A stretch of DNA of 64,000 nt from Macrostomum hystrix. Lineage: Eukaryota > Animalia > Platyhelminthes. A program made the translations under genes and the position numbers. Positions within the stretch are counted from its first letter, which is position 1. Each line of letters opens with the position of its first letter. The stretch covers positions 8,122,001-8,186,000 of the forward strand of contig CATNEN010000001.1 in the NCBI GenBank assembly GCA_950097015.1, written 5' to 3'. Positions 41,470 through 54,486 of this stretch are shown in pieces. Below the pieces are notes generated by a model. That model made no database searches, was not told where the DNA came from, and worked only from the letters and a program-made list of their open reading frames with translations.

Positions 41470-41720
41470 GCAATATTTTTTTGTAAAGGCGCCCGACTCC
41501 AAAAATGTAAACTCGGAAGTGATTCGCTTTGTCAGCCTCGCAACCGTTGGAATAATTCTTTTCATTGGTACGAGCAGCTCTGGCGACTAGCTGTCAGTCC
41601 ATCAGTCCGTCTCGGATTGTATTTAAATCACGATTGCTGCCAGGCGTCAGGCCGTCGCTAAGACTAGCAAGTTGACTAATTTGTACCAATCGGAAGCATT
41701 TGACCGCTAATCTATACAAC
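41470..41720. promoter_or_regulatory. Probable DDX39 promoter, possibly bidirectional
   Basis: CpG-retaining segment directly upstream of the DDX39 ATG with ETS-type CGGAAG (41514, 41691) and CCAAT boxes in both orientations (41564, 41686). Confidence 0.5.
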
Positions 41721-44047
41721 CCAATCTAGAGCTTAACACTTGTTGAAGACTACATTCTTAAATACTAAGTGATGTGTTGCGATCACAATCAGGACTAGCT
41801 TTTATATTTTACATCTCTTTAATCTAGCTAAAGTTTTACTAAATTAAGCCATCAATTACTTCAATTTACTACTTTGCAGGCAGATCTTATTAGCTCACTA
41901 TAAACTAAATGTTTATTTCAAAGACTTATATATCGGCTATATTTTTTACTTAAGGCTCATGGGCCTATTACCTACTACCAACTCTAGACTGCTTTTGTGG
42001 AGGAGTCGTTAAAAAACACAGATATGCCAAGAAGATGTGTCTTAACCAACTGCCTAGACTAATTACAAGGAGTCTCTTAAACAAGAGACAGATAAGATGA
42101 CATATTTAAATTTAACACTTGTACTAGCAATGTTAATATAAACATGGATGAACCACCACCTTATTGAACTGCATTATATTGTGACCAGCAAATGGCATTT
42201 CCTTACTATTTACCAGGTTGATTAAGACACAATGATAAGCTGATGTGACTTTGCAGCTACCAAAATGGTATTTTGAGCAAGACAAGATATGGTGACCAGA
42301 AACTATATATAGTTCTCTAAGTACTAGAAATATTAGAAATAAAGTTTGTAATTATGTAGAATTGCATTTGATAGACACAAGAAATAAAATAGTTTATTTT
42401 TATTCAACAGCTTTGATATTTTAATCTGTATGATCTCAACATTTTTAAGTAATGATCTTAAGTCTTTAATACAAAAAGTACCACTTCTAAAAAATTAAAG
42501 CTAGTCTATTATTAACCACAAAAACATTAATTTTGTGGTATTGTATTTTAATTTCCAAAATAAATACTATAAATTGCTAATTAATCTGGTCACCAAAAGC
42601 CATCATAAAAGCATAAAATGCATAGCTACGTGAGCTTTGCATTGAAAGGAAGCATAGTTGCCACAGGCAAGCAATGAAATATTAGCTCTGGATAAAAAAC
42701 TTAAGTGCAGCATTAGATAAATTGTTTAAAACTTAAATAAATGGTAAAATTCATAAGCAGTAACCACAAGTCCACAAAGCCCAGAGTTATCTTTCTCTTT
42801 TAGCCAGTCTGCATCTAATTTGGGTCTCGGCCCTATTGGTTTGGCTTCTGCTTAGGCTTTGCTTTGGAACTCATGCCTGGTGCAAGAGTCTATTCAATTA
42901 AATAGTCTTTTCTGTCACTTCTGTTACTTTGTTGAAAAACAAGTTCTCTGTTTAAAAGTGACTAAATAAAGAGCTTTAGCTGGGTGGGACTGCGATTGGG
43001 CCAGGGGTGAACCTAACCCCACCCCTCAGACCCTATATGTACATTGAGGGTTTTGGCCTAGTCTCACCCTAGCCCAGGGAGGGGTGGCATGACTAGGGTG
43101 AGATATGTAGCGAGAGGGGTGGAGGCATAGAGCACAAGAGATGTGAGGTGCCTAGAAAGGAGAAAGGGTTGGAGGCAAGCTGATAAGGAGCAGCCATCTT
43201 GGGTAGAGACATAGATAGCAGTTAGTAATAAATTAACATGTAATAATGTTTTCAGTGTATGTGTACTGTCCTTTTCGGTCATTAATTTGCATCCTTTTCC
43301 TGGCTATTCTACATGAGATAAGTCTGGTGAAGGGAACTAATGTGAAATATAAGTATACAATTTTGTCTCATTTAGTGCAGGATTTACTGCATTTTACAAA
43401 AAGTAGCACAATAGCGCAGCTAAAGCAAAATAGTGCAATAGCGCTAACATAGCGCAGGTGTGGCAACTATGGAAGGAAGTAAAATATAATAGTTCAAGGA
43501 CTGATTTTATGAAATGTGTTTAAAACTTTTTTTAAATAGACAAAACCTTTTAACTACTTATTTTTTTTGTTCAAAATCATGGCCAAGCTGCCAGTACAAG
43601 CAGAGTATAACAGTCAAATGCCTAAAGACTCTATTCTTGGTGGCAGTCAAGCAGGCATAACTGATCCTGACTGGCAAGCAAATGGACAATTATGTGATGG
43701 GAATTTATTTGTGTAATAAATTAATTTATTTAGAGCCAAAGGCAACATTTTTAAGGATTTCAAGGATTTTAGATGCCGCAGGCTTGTGCTACCAGTGATG
43801 CCAATGATGTGTGCCCAAATTTGAGAAAGAAAAGGATAGAATGAAATGGTAGAGGAAGGAAACTGGAGAAAATCAAAGAGCAGCTCAGTGAAATATTAAG
43901 TATTTTTACTAATAAGTGAGCTGAGAATTAGAAAGGGTCATTGTAAGTGTTATTGGGGGGATAAGTGTTGTTCACAACCGTTAGAGAATGGAGTCTGGCA
44001 CAGTTGAATGAAAGTCCTAAGGAGGAGGGGAGAGAGGACAAGAAAGG

Positions 44048-44240
44048 AGACATTTGACACATCTTGACAGATGTTCCTGCTACTTTGTAAAGTAACTTTT
44101 TTCTAAACATTTAAGAGACGAGTGCTTATAGATATTCTATCAAGACATTTGACACATCTTGACAGATGTTCCTGCTACTTTGTAAAGTAACTTTTTTCTA
44201 AACATTTAAGAGACGAGTGCTTATAGATATTCTATCAAGA
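44048..44240. repeat. Exact 95-bp tandem duplication
   Basis: 44048-44142 repeated at 44143-44237, with AGA microhomology at the junctions. Confidence 0.95.
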
Positions 44241-47200
44241 AATGTGCTTCCAAAATTTGTCTGAGCCATATTTTCAGCTTAGGTGTTTGTTGTGACATTT
44301 TACCTTTGTGACTCAGTGACTATGTACATCAAATATATTGCATGCCCCTCATGCCTAGTTACTGGATGCACAATGTCTGCTGACGTTGCTAGCATTTGCA
44401 ACTGAAAAAGTGTCTGGGTCATTGCAATCAAATTGACATATAAAACTTGTTCCTTGATTGACTTTAAGTATGTGGCAGTGGTCACTTAATGATTAATAAT
44501 TTGTGACATGTACCACTACTGAGCCTCAAATAAACAAAAGTTTATTCAGTAGCAAATCATTGGCAAAACTATTCATCCCAAATATTATTTTAAAGCATAG
44601 TTTCATGTCAGAATCAGGCATACACTCTGGATCGAGAGTTAGTTTTTTGCTGCCAGGGAAATGTCTGTTGGGGAAAAATGTCTGTTAGGGAACCCAAACA
44701 TCTAATATAGTAGATATTATATGCTGTTCCATATAGCAAGATGCTATATCAAATTATATGTCCTATTTTTTTAGTGAGTTTTATTGAGCCCTCACTATAG
44801 TTTGGATTTTAGATACTTTAAGACTCTTCTGATTTGCAAATGGCTGAAAGACCATTGTGGATTGTGCCACAGAATGAAGTTCAGCTGGCACAGACACTGA
44901 TGGAACTAAATATGAATTCAAGGGATCTGATGGCAGTGACAATGGCACTAGCTATGCCCTCTTTGAATTGCACATCCAAAAGTATCTATGGTGATGCCTT
45001 CACCCAGGGCCTGCCAAGGCTTTTGGCAGCATTCTGTACTAGATTCATCTTTATTACCTAGTTTAGGAATCTGAGACAGTTAGGACTACATTGAACTGAA
45101 CTGAGCAATGCTCAGTGCCATTTAAAAATGTTTCCCACCAGTTTTGTTACCAGTTGATGTTATCCACTTAACAGGTATCATTGCTCAACATTTAAAAAAA
45201 GAAAATAATTTTGCAAACTAAAGTAAATTTATGCCATTAAGTGTTATACTTCCCTATAATTAGACAAATTTAAATATATAACAAAAGCTGATTATAAATT
45301 ATAAGCATTTTTAGTGTATAATATAAGTCATTTACAAATAAGAAAGGAGCCCTACAACAGCTAGGCAAGTATATAACACCATAACAAATCTTAGCATGTA
45401 GTACTAGTACTAGCTACTATGCCTACTAGGCCTAGTATACCTAATTTTATTGAAAGTCATTGAGAGGTCTTAAGGTTGCTTGTTTTCAGTGACAGCTTAT
45501 GTGCACAGAAGCCATTTATCCACTGTTTTAATTAAGGTAGGCCTATTTATAAGACATAGTCATTGACTAGAATAGAGTTATTGTTTGTCTTGTTTTTTAC
45601 TTATAGCTTATATTTTATAGACCCTAATATCTGTTGTGTATACTGATTCTTAGTGTAAAGTACTAAGGGAATCATAGAAATCAAAGGAAATTTTTAACAA
45701 CTTATTAAATTTTTGTTTTGCTTCAATGTGTGCTATATTATTTAATAAATAAAATTGGCCAAATGTAGGGGCCTATAGTAGTATTTCTGGGTCAGCTCAA
45801 GCAAGAAAACAGTTTTGCCAATATTAGGGTCTATTTTATGCTTATTAGGAAAAAAAATCCATATAAAATATTTTGTGTAACTGTAATGTTGAAGGTTTTT
45901 AATTTTTAATTTGTGCTATTTGAGCTAGGTCTATTCAATCTTCCAAAATATTTAATTGTTATTGACCTGAAACTCAGTCTTTAAGCTTTTCTTTTAGCAG
46001 CTAAATCATTTTAATTTAGTTTTTACTCCTTTTTTAAACCTGAGCAAATTGAAAAGTATTTAACAATAAAAATAAATCATCCCTGCTCTTCGTGCAACTC
46101 TCAGACTGCTTGGTAAATGGCTGGGGTCCATTGTTTATTATCAAACCTTAGATTGAGGTTGAGCCCGGGCATGCAGGAGTTCACTTTAATAAAATCGGTA
46201 TTTTATTTTAAATTGTTACTACAGTCAAATTTGTTATCCCTGCCCAAATTATTCTAAATCGTCTCGTATAAACTGTATTTCTCGTACCAATGTTTTGTAT
46301 CAAGATGTAAAATAATTAGGCCTATTTGTTTAAGGGAGGGTTGTTTAGTTAAATATAAAGAAAAATCTGTGACAGCCGGTTTGGCTGGCGCGTGTAACTG
46401 GGTCCTAGTCGCTAGTGCAGATTAGAAAAAATATAGGTTTGATATCCAAGATAACTGCATTAACTAATGTTGCTAGTAGGGGGCCTAGCTTTAGTCTAGA
46501 CGCCCTGAATTAGTATTATTTAACGAATTGTCGGGATCAGCGCGTGCGCTGGCAAAGCGTCATTAGCAATATCAAGTGAATTATATAAATAAGTACTTCA
46601 GCTAAGTAAGCTTGAGAGTGCAGCCTTCCGAACACTGTACCCATTTGTTTTCAATGGCGACAACTAAGACATGACGTGAAAACATTACATACCGTCACTT
46701 TAAAAACACGCCAAAAACATATGTCAATTTTTTTGCGTTTTAACAAAGTAAACCAAAGGTTTAAAGTTTTAGGCGTAAGCCACAGTAATTAAAGAAATCC
46801 TTAAAGAAGTATAGGTTTATAACTTTCGGCATCTATTTTATCTTGTATTGTTTTGTTGTTGTAAAGGTGTGATGCAACTATTTAGTTTCCGTGCACGATA
46901 TCGTGTTTTTTATTTTATTACTACAGATTACCGAGTTACCCTTTCATAACAGTAGGCAAATTTATTAAATATATAGTTTATTTATTGTTTTATGGTATTA
47001 TTGAAGCGAAATGAACCATCCAACAATTAATTAATAAGCCTCTGTTGGTATTTGTTAAAGATAATATTCAATAGCTGCTACGTAAAGGCAAAGAACTTAG
47101 CAGTTTAATTAAGCTGCGTTTTGCGTTTGTCCTCTTTGGATGAATGCATGGAAACTTTGAAACATTATTTGAGTATTTTTTTCATCTGTATTTTGTTAAA

Positions 47201-48865
47201 TTTAGTTTGTAACCAGTAACAGTGTAGCAATTGACATAATTCATAACTGCTATACACTAAACTAAACATAAAATATGTCACATAGTGTCATAGTATATTA
47301 ACAGATAAGCAAATCTGATAAATAAGCAAAGTAAATTAAAAGAAGCCGTATTTATTGCTACAAAAAACAAAAACATTAATTTTTCCTTCTTTTTCAATAA
47401 CATAATCATTATAGTTAGTGATTTCATTTGAATATAATCATCATTCATTTGCTATTTCATTGGCATGGCCAATATTTTCATCTGCCAGGGGTCATTTATG
47501 TCTGTCCCCTGCCACACCCTCTGCCTCAGCAGCAGCATCAGCCCTTAAAATTAAGAATTTTGCAACCCACTTGACCATTCTTAGCTGTCACTCTGATATT
47601 CTTCAAATATCTTCTTCAATTTGGTTTCTTTTGTAGACAAAAATGGCCTAATTATTAGCAGTACTTTAGTGCTACAGCAATTTTTTTCAGACATGAATAC
47701 GCTACAGCATTTATTTTACAATTCTTGATCTACAGTTGGTGATGCTCTGTCAACTGGCTGTTGCTGAACGTTACCCTCAGTTTTGGTGTCAGACTTGTCT
47801 TCCTTTCTTCGCTTCTTGTCTCCTAAAATGCATAGGATTTTTTTATTTTATGTATTTTTTAAAACATGTCATTGTACATTTAAAGAATTGATTCAACATT
47901 TGGTTGTATTGCTTCAATAAAAAATCTTAGGATTTAGGTCTATTCATAATTTAAAAATTCTGGTTTCTATAGGTGGAAACTTTATTGATATATATTTTTT
48001 TTAAAAGACAAATAGCACTAGATAGAATGTGTTTCTATAACATTCTTCAAACAATATTTCACAATTAGCTATTAGCTACATAATTTCTTTCTTAACCTAC
48101 CTTGGACATTTAAAACTTCACTATGCTTAATTAATTACTTAAAAGCACTTACACTATTAAGTATTCATTTACTTGTAATAAAAAGAACATATGGTGCTAG
48201 TGCAAAGTAAACCTTTGTAAAAAGGTTACAATTACTTTTCAAGTGGCACTTTAAGAAGTAATTAGGAGGAATTTGTGATAGAACTAGAAGGCTAGTAAGC
48301 TTTTATACTACTTGTAAAAACTTTACCTGACATTTCCATGCAATTTTTGCTTTTGATATAGCTTTAGTAAAAATTAGGCTTTTATGAGTAATATGAGCTA
48401 TATTAGTTAGTTATGACACATTTCATGGTCAGGTTCGTTATAGATTGTGATGACATTACCTTTTGCAAGGTGATTTCCTTTGCAGATGATAGCAAGCAGC
48501 ATGCAACCCTTTTATTGTTTGTGATTGTTGTATTTGATTTTGAATAAATATATTGATATCCAACCTAATTTTGTCTAAGAATAAAAATTACATCTTTAGG
48601 CTAAGTTCAGTCAGTCCTTGGTGCGAGAAGGTTGTGTGAGAGTTATGAGAGAAGAGACACTGAGAGATTATTCAGAGAGTTCATGACATTCATGAAAAGT
48701 GAGAAATATGAGGCAAGAAAAATGGATGCTGTGGATAACTTCCAAGATTTTCCAGAGGCCGTGACGTGGTCTTAGTAGGCTAGTAGCTCTATTGGCATAT
48801 CTAGCCAGATCAACTAGGCATGCAGAGGTTTAGTATTAAATATATTTCCGTCTTAATTTACTAAG

Positions 48866-51800
48866 TTAGTTTACATTGCCAACCTGCGGTAATGTTGGCG
48901 GCGCGGATATGAAGCCGCCGCTGTTGCCACTGACAACACTCGGTCGTCGACGACCATTCGGCGCTGAAGAGGCACCCGAGTCATCAGCGTTATGGGCATT
49001 AGCAGCTGCCGCTTGCATGGCATTGTATGGTCCATGAGGATACTGGCGACGCTGCTGCTCCTGCTGCTGCTGCTGCGTCTGTATATTGGTACTTTTTCCA
49101 AAGCTGAAAGCTGGCTCTAAACTGTCACCAGCAGCTGAGTGATGCCCAGTGGCTGATGACAATTGCTGACGAGCTGATTGCAATATGTAGATAAAATTGC
49201 ACAGCGAAATTATTTTTCAATTGTCAGTCGATCTACTGACAAACTGTTAGTAGTCTAATAAACTGTTCTACCACGATGTGTGATAAATGCACTTCTAAAT
49301 GATAACTTAGCATTAAGAAAAACTGTGACGAAAACATTTCACAAATTGTAATTTCGACATATAGTTAGTTATAAGTGAACTTATTAAAAAACACGAGTTG
49401 TTACTTATCTATGAAACTAACTTGTTTTTTTCAGAGGAAGCTCTATGAATCTAAATTGTTGTATGCAATTGAGATGAGTCTAAATTCTAAAGAAAGTAGC
49501 CCTTCAAATGGGTATCTCACCTTTCTTCCCCTTTTTCTTAATCTTTGGCAGACGGTTGTCCTCAGTCTCGGTGTAGTCCACCAGGCCCTTCTCCTTACAG
49601 CGGTTCAGGATGCCTCCAAGCTCGGCTTGTTCTCGCGGCTAAAATCATTTATGGCCGGTTAGTAACTGCGAAAAATCTATAGTTAGCAAGGGCTCCGAGC
49701 TCGAGGCCGCATTCATTCGGGCGCAACGATGGAGGGGAGAGCTTGGGTATCTGTCGTTACTCGTTTCGATTCTTAAGGAGACAAGTGCAAGAGTGCCCAT
49801 TAGTTTGTACCTGCGTACAGTATCCTTGTGCGTGAGTGTACTCAAGGATCAGAATAGCCTCTACGCTGGCGTCGGATGCGCTAATGCGCATGTATATAAA
49901 AAAGAAAAATAATTGCAGGAGAGCTGCACATGCTGGCACAATAGACCTGCAGCCAGCGAGGTAGCCTACTAGCGAATGTTTTTTGTATTCTCATACCTGT
50001 CGAATTATAAGTGCCACAAAGCAGCCGTTGCTGTTGCCAGACGGTGGTATCTTGACGTAGTGTCCATTGACAAAGTCTTTATCGTCAATGTCCTGACCGG
50101 AGATTGCCAGGTTAGTAGGGGCCACGTCGAACGGATCCTTACGATCGCGAACATGCAGCCGGTTCATTGCGTCCAACGCTATATCCACAATGTGCTCGTT
50201 TTCTTCGTCGTAGATTGAGCGCGTCAGGTAGACTACGGATCTGATGCGACCGGCTGTTAGTTTAGAAACCGATACGCTTAATTGTTATTTATAGAAAATA
50301 TGGAACAAATGAAGTGCATCGAGCACCGTGGTCACCTTGGTAAATTGTCACTAAGTAAAAACATAATTTTTGGCAACCTTGACTTAATTAAATCTTGCAT
50401 GCTTGCTTCTCAGACCATAAGATATTATCTGCCAGTTCCAGTGTATTAATAATAATTCGTTTAAACTGCTAATGAATGACTGGCTAATGGATGCATTTTC
50501 TGCAATTTTCAAATGAATGATCATCAATCTTATTTGATTGCTGTGTGAAACGAGTCTTAAAAACAGTTTTTTGTTAGCAAGCTTTAATTTCTAAAAAACA
50601 AGACCATGCCGAAAACAAAACAGTTACTTTTTTCTTTTTCGTTTTCTGCAGATTAGAATTTAACCAATTATCTATCAACTTACACCCAAGCACGTGTTTC
50701 AAAGTCTGCAAAGTTTGGAACTTCAGCTGTAGATAGTTGGCTGGCTTGCTGTCGAGCAGAAGACGCTTGGTGTAGTCTAAAATGAGCTCGATATCGCCGC
50801 CTTCGTTGACGAGATAGTCGATGGGATTGATGATGCCAGATCTGGAGCACTTTGCTTCAACTAGCGCGTGTTTCACATGCTTGAGTTTGTCCTCCATTAT
50901 TGGAATGCTCGTGATGCTCTCATTGTAGAATTGGATTCCTGTGAAACGGCTTGGCTCGCTTTGTTAATCATTCTTAGAAATCATTTCAGAAAGATTAACA
51001 GTATAAAGATCACACTATTTCCCCCTTCAGGAAAGACGAGTAAAAACGGGCTATTTTAAAACCCCTATATAAACTAACTTTTAAAGCCGTCTGACATTAG
51101 CATCGTCGAGATATTCAGCGAATCTTGTCAAAGACCCTAGTGACAAGGACAAATAACATTGTTCTGTATTAGCCTCTATGGCGAATCCATGTTAGTTCAA
51201 TAGTATAAAAAAATATAATCAACAATATACCCGAAATGGTTACATGATGAAATTTTGTGAGCAGAAAATTTTTGCCTTCAATAGGTGGTTTTTGCAACCA
51301 GACACCCCAACAAGAATCGTTGAATATCTCGGATAGAGCGGAAAATTGTACCCCGTAGTCAGGAATTTAATGGCGAATGGTTAACTATTTTAGGAAGTAC
51401 AAAATTAAGATTTTAAGAATAATGTGGATTTTCAAAATACCCCGTTGTCCTTCTACTGTTAATATATTATAAACTGTATTGTTTGCAAATAACTGTCTTA
51501 CTGTCCGAGCCAGAGCTGAGCAGAGCCTGGTGAACTTCTTCTAGTTGATCGTTGGTGCACTTCTTGAACACCTTGATCACTGGACACTTGGTGTTTCGCA
51601 TCTTCAGAAGGTTCTCAGCGTGAATCGCGGTCCAAACTGAGCTCGGATTCACTATCAGAACTTCCTCTTCTTCGAAGACATTCTTTACTAGACTGTGCAC
51701 CGCTAGGCTAGTCGTTTTGTCCTGTAGTAATGTGTACAGCAGGTAATAACGTCTTCTGGAGGCTGTGGGCACTGGGCCAGCACATAATTTGCTGACACTG

Positions 51801-54358
51801 ATAATCGACGCAAACCCAGTGAGAGTTGATTTCGCTGACACCTGAACGCGCATTCATGAAGTATCGTACGCACAAACAAACAGACGCGTACATCTGCCCA
51901 GAATTTCTCATCGTCAGACAGTTTTCACTGCCTGACTAGGCCTCATTGGCATTAATTGTACACCAAAGTCCTTATTTACATCTTGCCGACTCTCAATTGT
52001 CAGTCTTCTGTCTACACTTTCTCTTTGCTTTTTCGTTTGGTCCTTAAGGGCGTCATTGCACGACAAGTCCCCAAATTAATGCGGCCTCGCCGCGGAATCG
52101 AGCTCATCGGCCGTGGTGCGAGAGGCAGACGCGTTAGAACGCTCTGTCACTCACCCTTTGACTTCACTACTTAACAAGTTGTGATAAGTAGTGATATACG
52201 AAACCAATATTATTTTTTAAGGCTTTTTTCCTTAAGAATAAATTTTTTGCATAAAAATCAATTCTATAAATTCTTATCCAATGAGTTATTGTATCAACTT
52301 TAACAAAGTAGCTAGGTTTTTATATGTTTTAAAAACTTGTCGCTGGCCTCCTTTAAAATGTCAGTATAGCATGCAATTCGTAATCGGCTGCTACTATGTA
52401 TCCTAATAATAGGCTTCTAAAAGTCTTGCCTCAATAGCTCAGGGACTTGAGTACGAGAGGCAGACGGCTTACCGCTGTCACTCACCCCAGCTTGGTGATT
52501 CACAAACATTTTCGTAAGACAGATTTTCCTTTAAAGAATAATAAGTTCATTGAGTTCTTAGTCTTACCTGTACAATAAGGACATTGTCTGTCACTAGTTG
52601 CATACTTTCAACTGTGTCTCTGAGATCTGAGGCGAAGACCACAAGATCCGGACACTGCCTGCATAGAGAAAACTCTTTCTTCTCCAAGTTCTTGCTCTTC
52701 CGCACAAACTGCAATCCTTGTCTTTGGAGCTTGTCTAGTACATCGAACTGCTGCATCTTGAGCTGGTTGACCCAGGCGTAGACCGGAATATTCAAGGCCA
52801 TTTTTTCAGTTTTGTTACACTCCGAGGTCAGCATCTGGCTGATGCTGCTAACTCCGAGTTTGATGCGGATTTTAGCCAGAGCGGCCTGCAGTTTGATCAT
52901 GAGCTCTTGAAGGCTGCGCTCGATCTCCTGGCAGCGCTGATCCAACTCCTCGCCTAGTAGGGGCTTGCGCTTTTGAAACTTTCGCGATATGAAATCGCAG
53001 GCGATGATGTGAACTAGCTCTTTGTCTATCATCAGCTGAAATGTTTTTTAGATTAGAAATTTCATGGGTTTCTAAGAAACTAATCGAATTTTCAATTAAT
53101 TTATAAAAGTGATAATTGCATAAGGGCTGTTCTGCCCATTTCGCTGACTCCTGAGCACACACGCACACAGATACTGTACACAGGCACACGCTCACACATG
53201 TATGTACATCTGCCCTGACTTTCTCATCGTAAGTCAGTGTACAATTTCACTGTGCCTTGGAGATTGGCCCTCGATTGTGTAAATTTGACATGCCCAATAT
53301 TGCATGGTGCATCCATGGTTTTCATACAAACTGTTCAGTCCGTGGAGGCCACATACGATGCATTCAGAATCCCTCTTTAACGTTTGAACTTCTATTTGTT
53401 TAAATACCGTTCTTTAAAAACGTACTTGCAAGTGTAAAATAAGAACTCTCTAAACCTTGCAGCAAAACTTCGTCCACAACCCCTGCACTTCTAAGAAAAA
53501 ACTAATGAACTCTGCTCAACTTTTTTAACCTTTCTAGGTAAGTAAGCCGATTAATTTTGTTTACTTTTGTTTAGTCAAAGCAGTTCAACGTACCTCAGGA
53601 AAATTGGCGAAGAATGCGACTGAGTCCAGTAACTTCTCTAGGACGGAGGTCACTGAAATATCAGTTTGATTTTTATTATTGTTTAATGTGTGTGTTCAGA
53701 GTCAAAGTTTTCGCTTTAAAACCCTACTCGTAGCCATATTTTTTACACATGGATTGCATTGATAGTGTCGTATTCCTTGAAAAGTTCTTTATTAAAAAAC
53801 TTTATTGAAATTATTTTCCGAATTTTTGTTGTTTGTTTCGTTTTTGTTTACTTTTGTCTCTTCCCTTCAGTAGACTTCCCAGATTATAAATTTTCGATAC
53901 ATATAGATAGGCCTCCTGATTTCATAGAACAAAGCCAAAGTGCACCCACACTTAATAGTCTCCAAGGCCAGAGTGTAGGTGAGCTTCTTCTCGCGTTTAT
54001 CCTCGAATCTAATCCGATCGGCTCCACCTGCCATAATCTTCTCGCGCTGGCTGTGCGCGTGCTGACTGTACGGATCGGGCACGCTGCCCGGATAGGGACT
54101 CGAACCGCTGGCTCCGCGAACCATCGTGTTCTGCGGCGCAGCCAACGGATTGGTTGACACCGGCCTGGAGGCGCCTCCGCCTCCGCCGCCACCCCCGCTC
54201 ATAGCTCGAATCAGTTTGGACGCGTGCAAAAACACCTGATGCGAGTATAGCACTGGCTCATCTCGAACATAGTCGGTTAGTCTGCTAGGCTTAAAATAAT
54301 GCCTAGGATATGTGCCGGGCACGAATATTGTTGGACGATGGCCCAGTTCTACGTCCAT
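48866..54358 (-). CDS. NSUN7: NSUN7-like NOL1/NOP2/Sun-domain protein (probably catalytically inactive)
   Basis: Phase-consistent exons 54358-53950, 53652-53594, 53035-52568, 51721-51502, 50938-50684, 50253-49997, 49638-49521, 49173-48866. The last exon may instead splice at 48884 to a terminal exon near 47822-47730. NSUN7-type motifs: PVYAWVNQLK, LIVQDKTTSLAVHS, AKCSRSGIINPIDYLVNEGGD, VVYLTRSIYDEENE, NGCFVALI. Confidence 0.85.
51047..51444. mobile_element. MITE family C copy with both ends
   Basis: CGGGCTATTTTAAAA ... TTTTCAAAATACCCCG; interior colinear with the 29330 copy. Confidence 0.7.
51760..52157 (-). mobile_element. Diverged SINE family A copy
   Basis: Reverse-complement matches to head (GGTGCGAGAGGCAGACGCGTT) and body (CATCTGCCC...CTCATCGTCAG). 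Confidence 0.7.
53128..53285 (-). mobile_element. SINE family A body fragment
   Basis: TTCTGCCCATTTCGCTGACTCCTGAGCACAC...CACTGTGCCTTGG. Confidence 0.8.
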
Positions 54359-54471
54359 TGTGGTCTGTTGATGTTTCGCTCTCCTTGCCTCAGGGTCTTC
54401 TTAGTCCGTTTATATTAGTAGACTGGTCTTGTGGTCTTATACGACTGATATATTATTTATTAGCTCCCTTG

Positions 54472-54486
54472 GTTGTCGTTGACAAC
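54472..54486. promoter_or_regulatory. RFX X-box-like palindrome upstream of NSUN7-like gene
   Basis: GTTGTC-GTT-GACAAC about 115-130 nt upstream of the ATG at 54358. Confidence 0.5.

Noticed and set aside
41750-48700. C/D-box snoRNAs, SL RNA or known miRNAs (TGGCAGTG at ~44473, TATTGCA at ~44336)
   Set aside because: No convincing RTGATGA...CTGA pair with terminal stem and no spliced-leader or Sm-site architecture. The seed-like matches do not extend to recognisable mature miRNAs.
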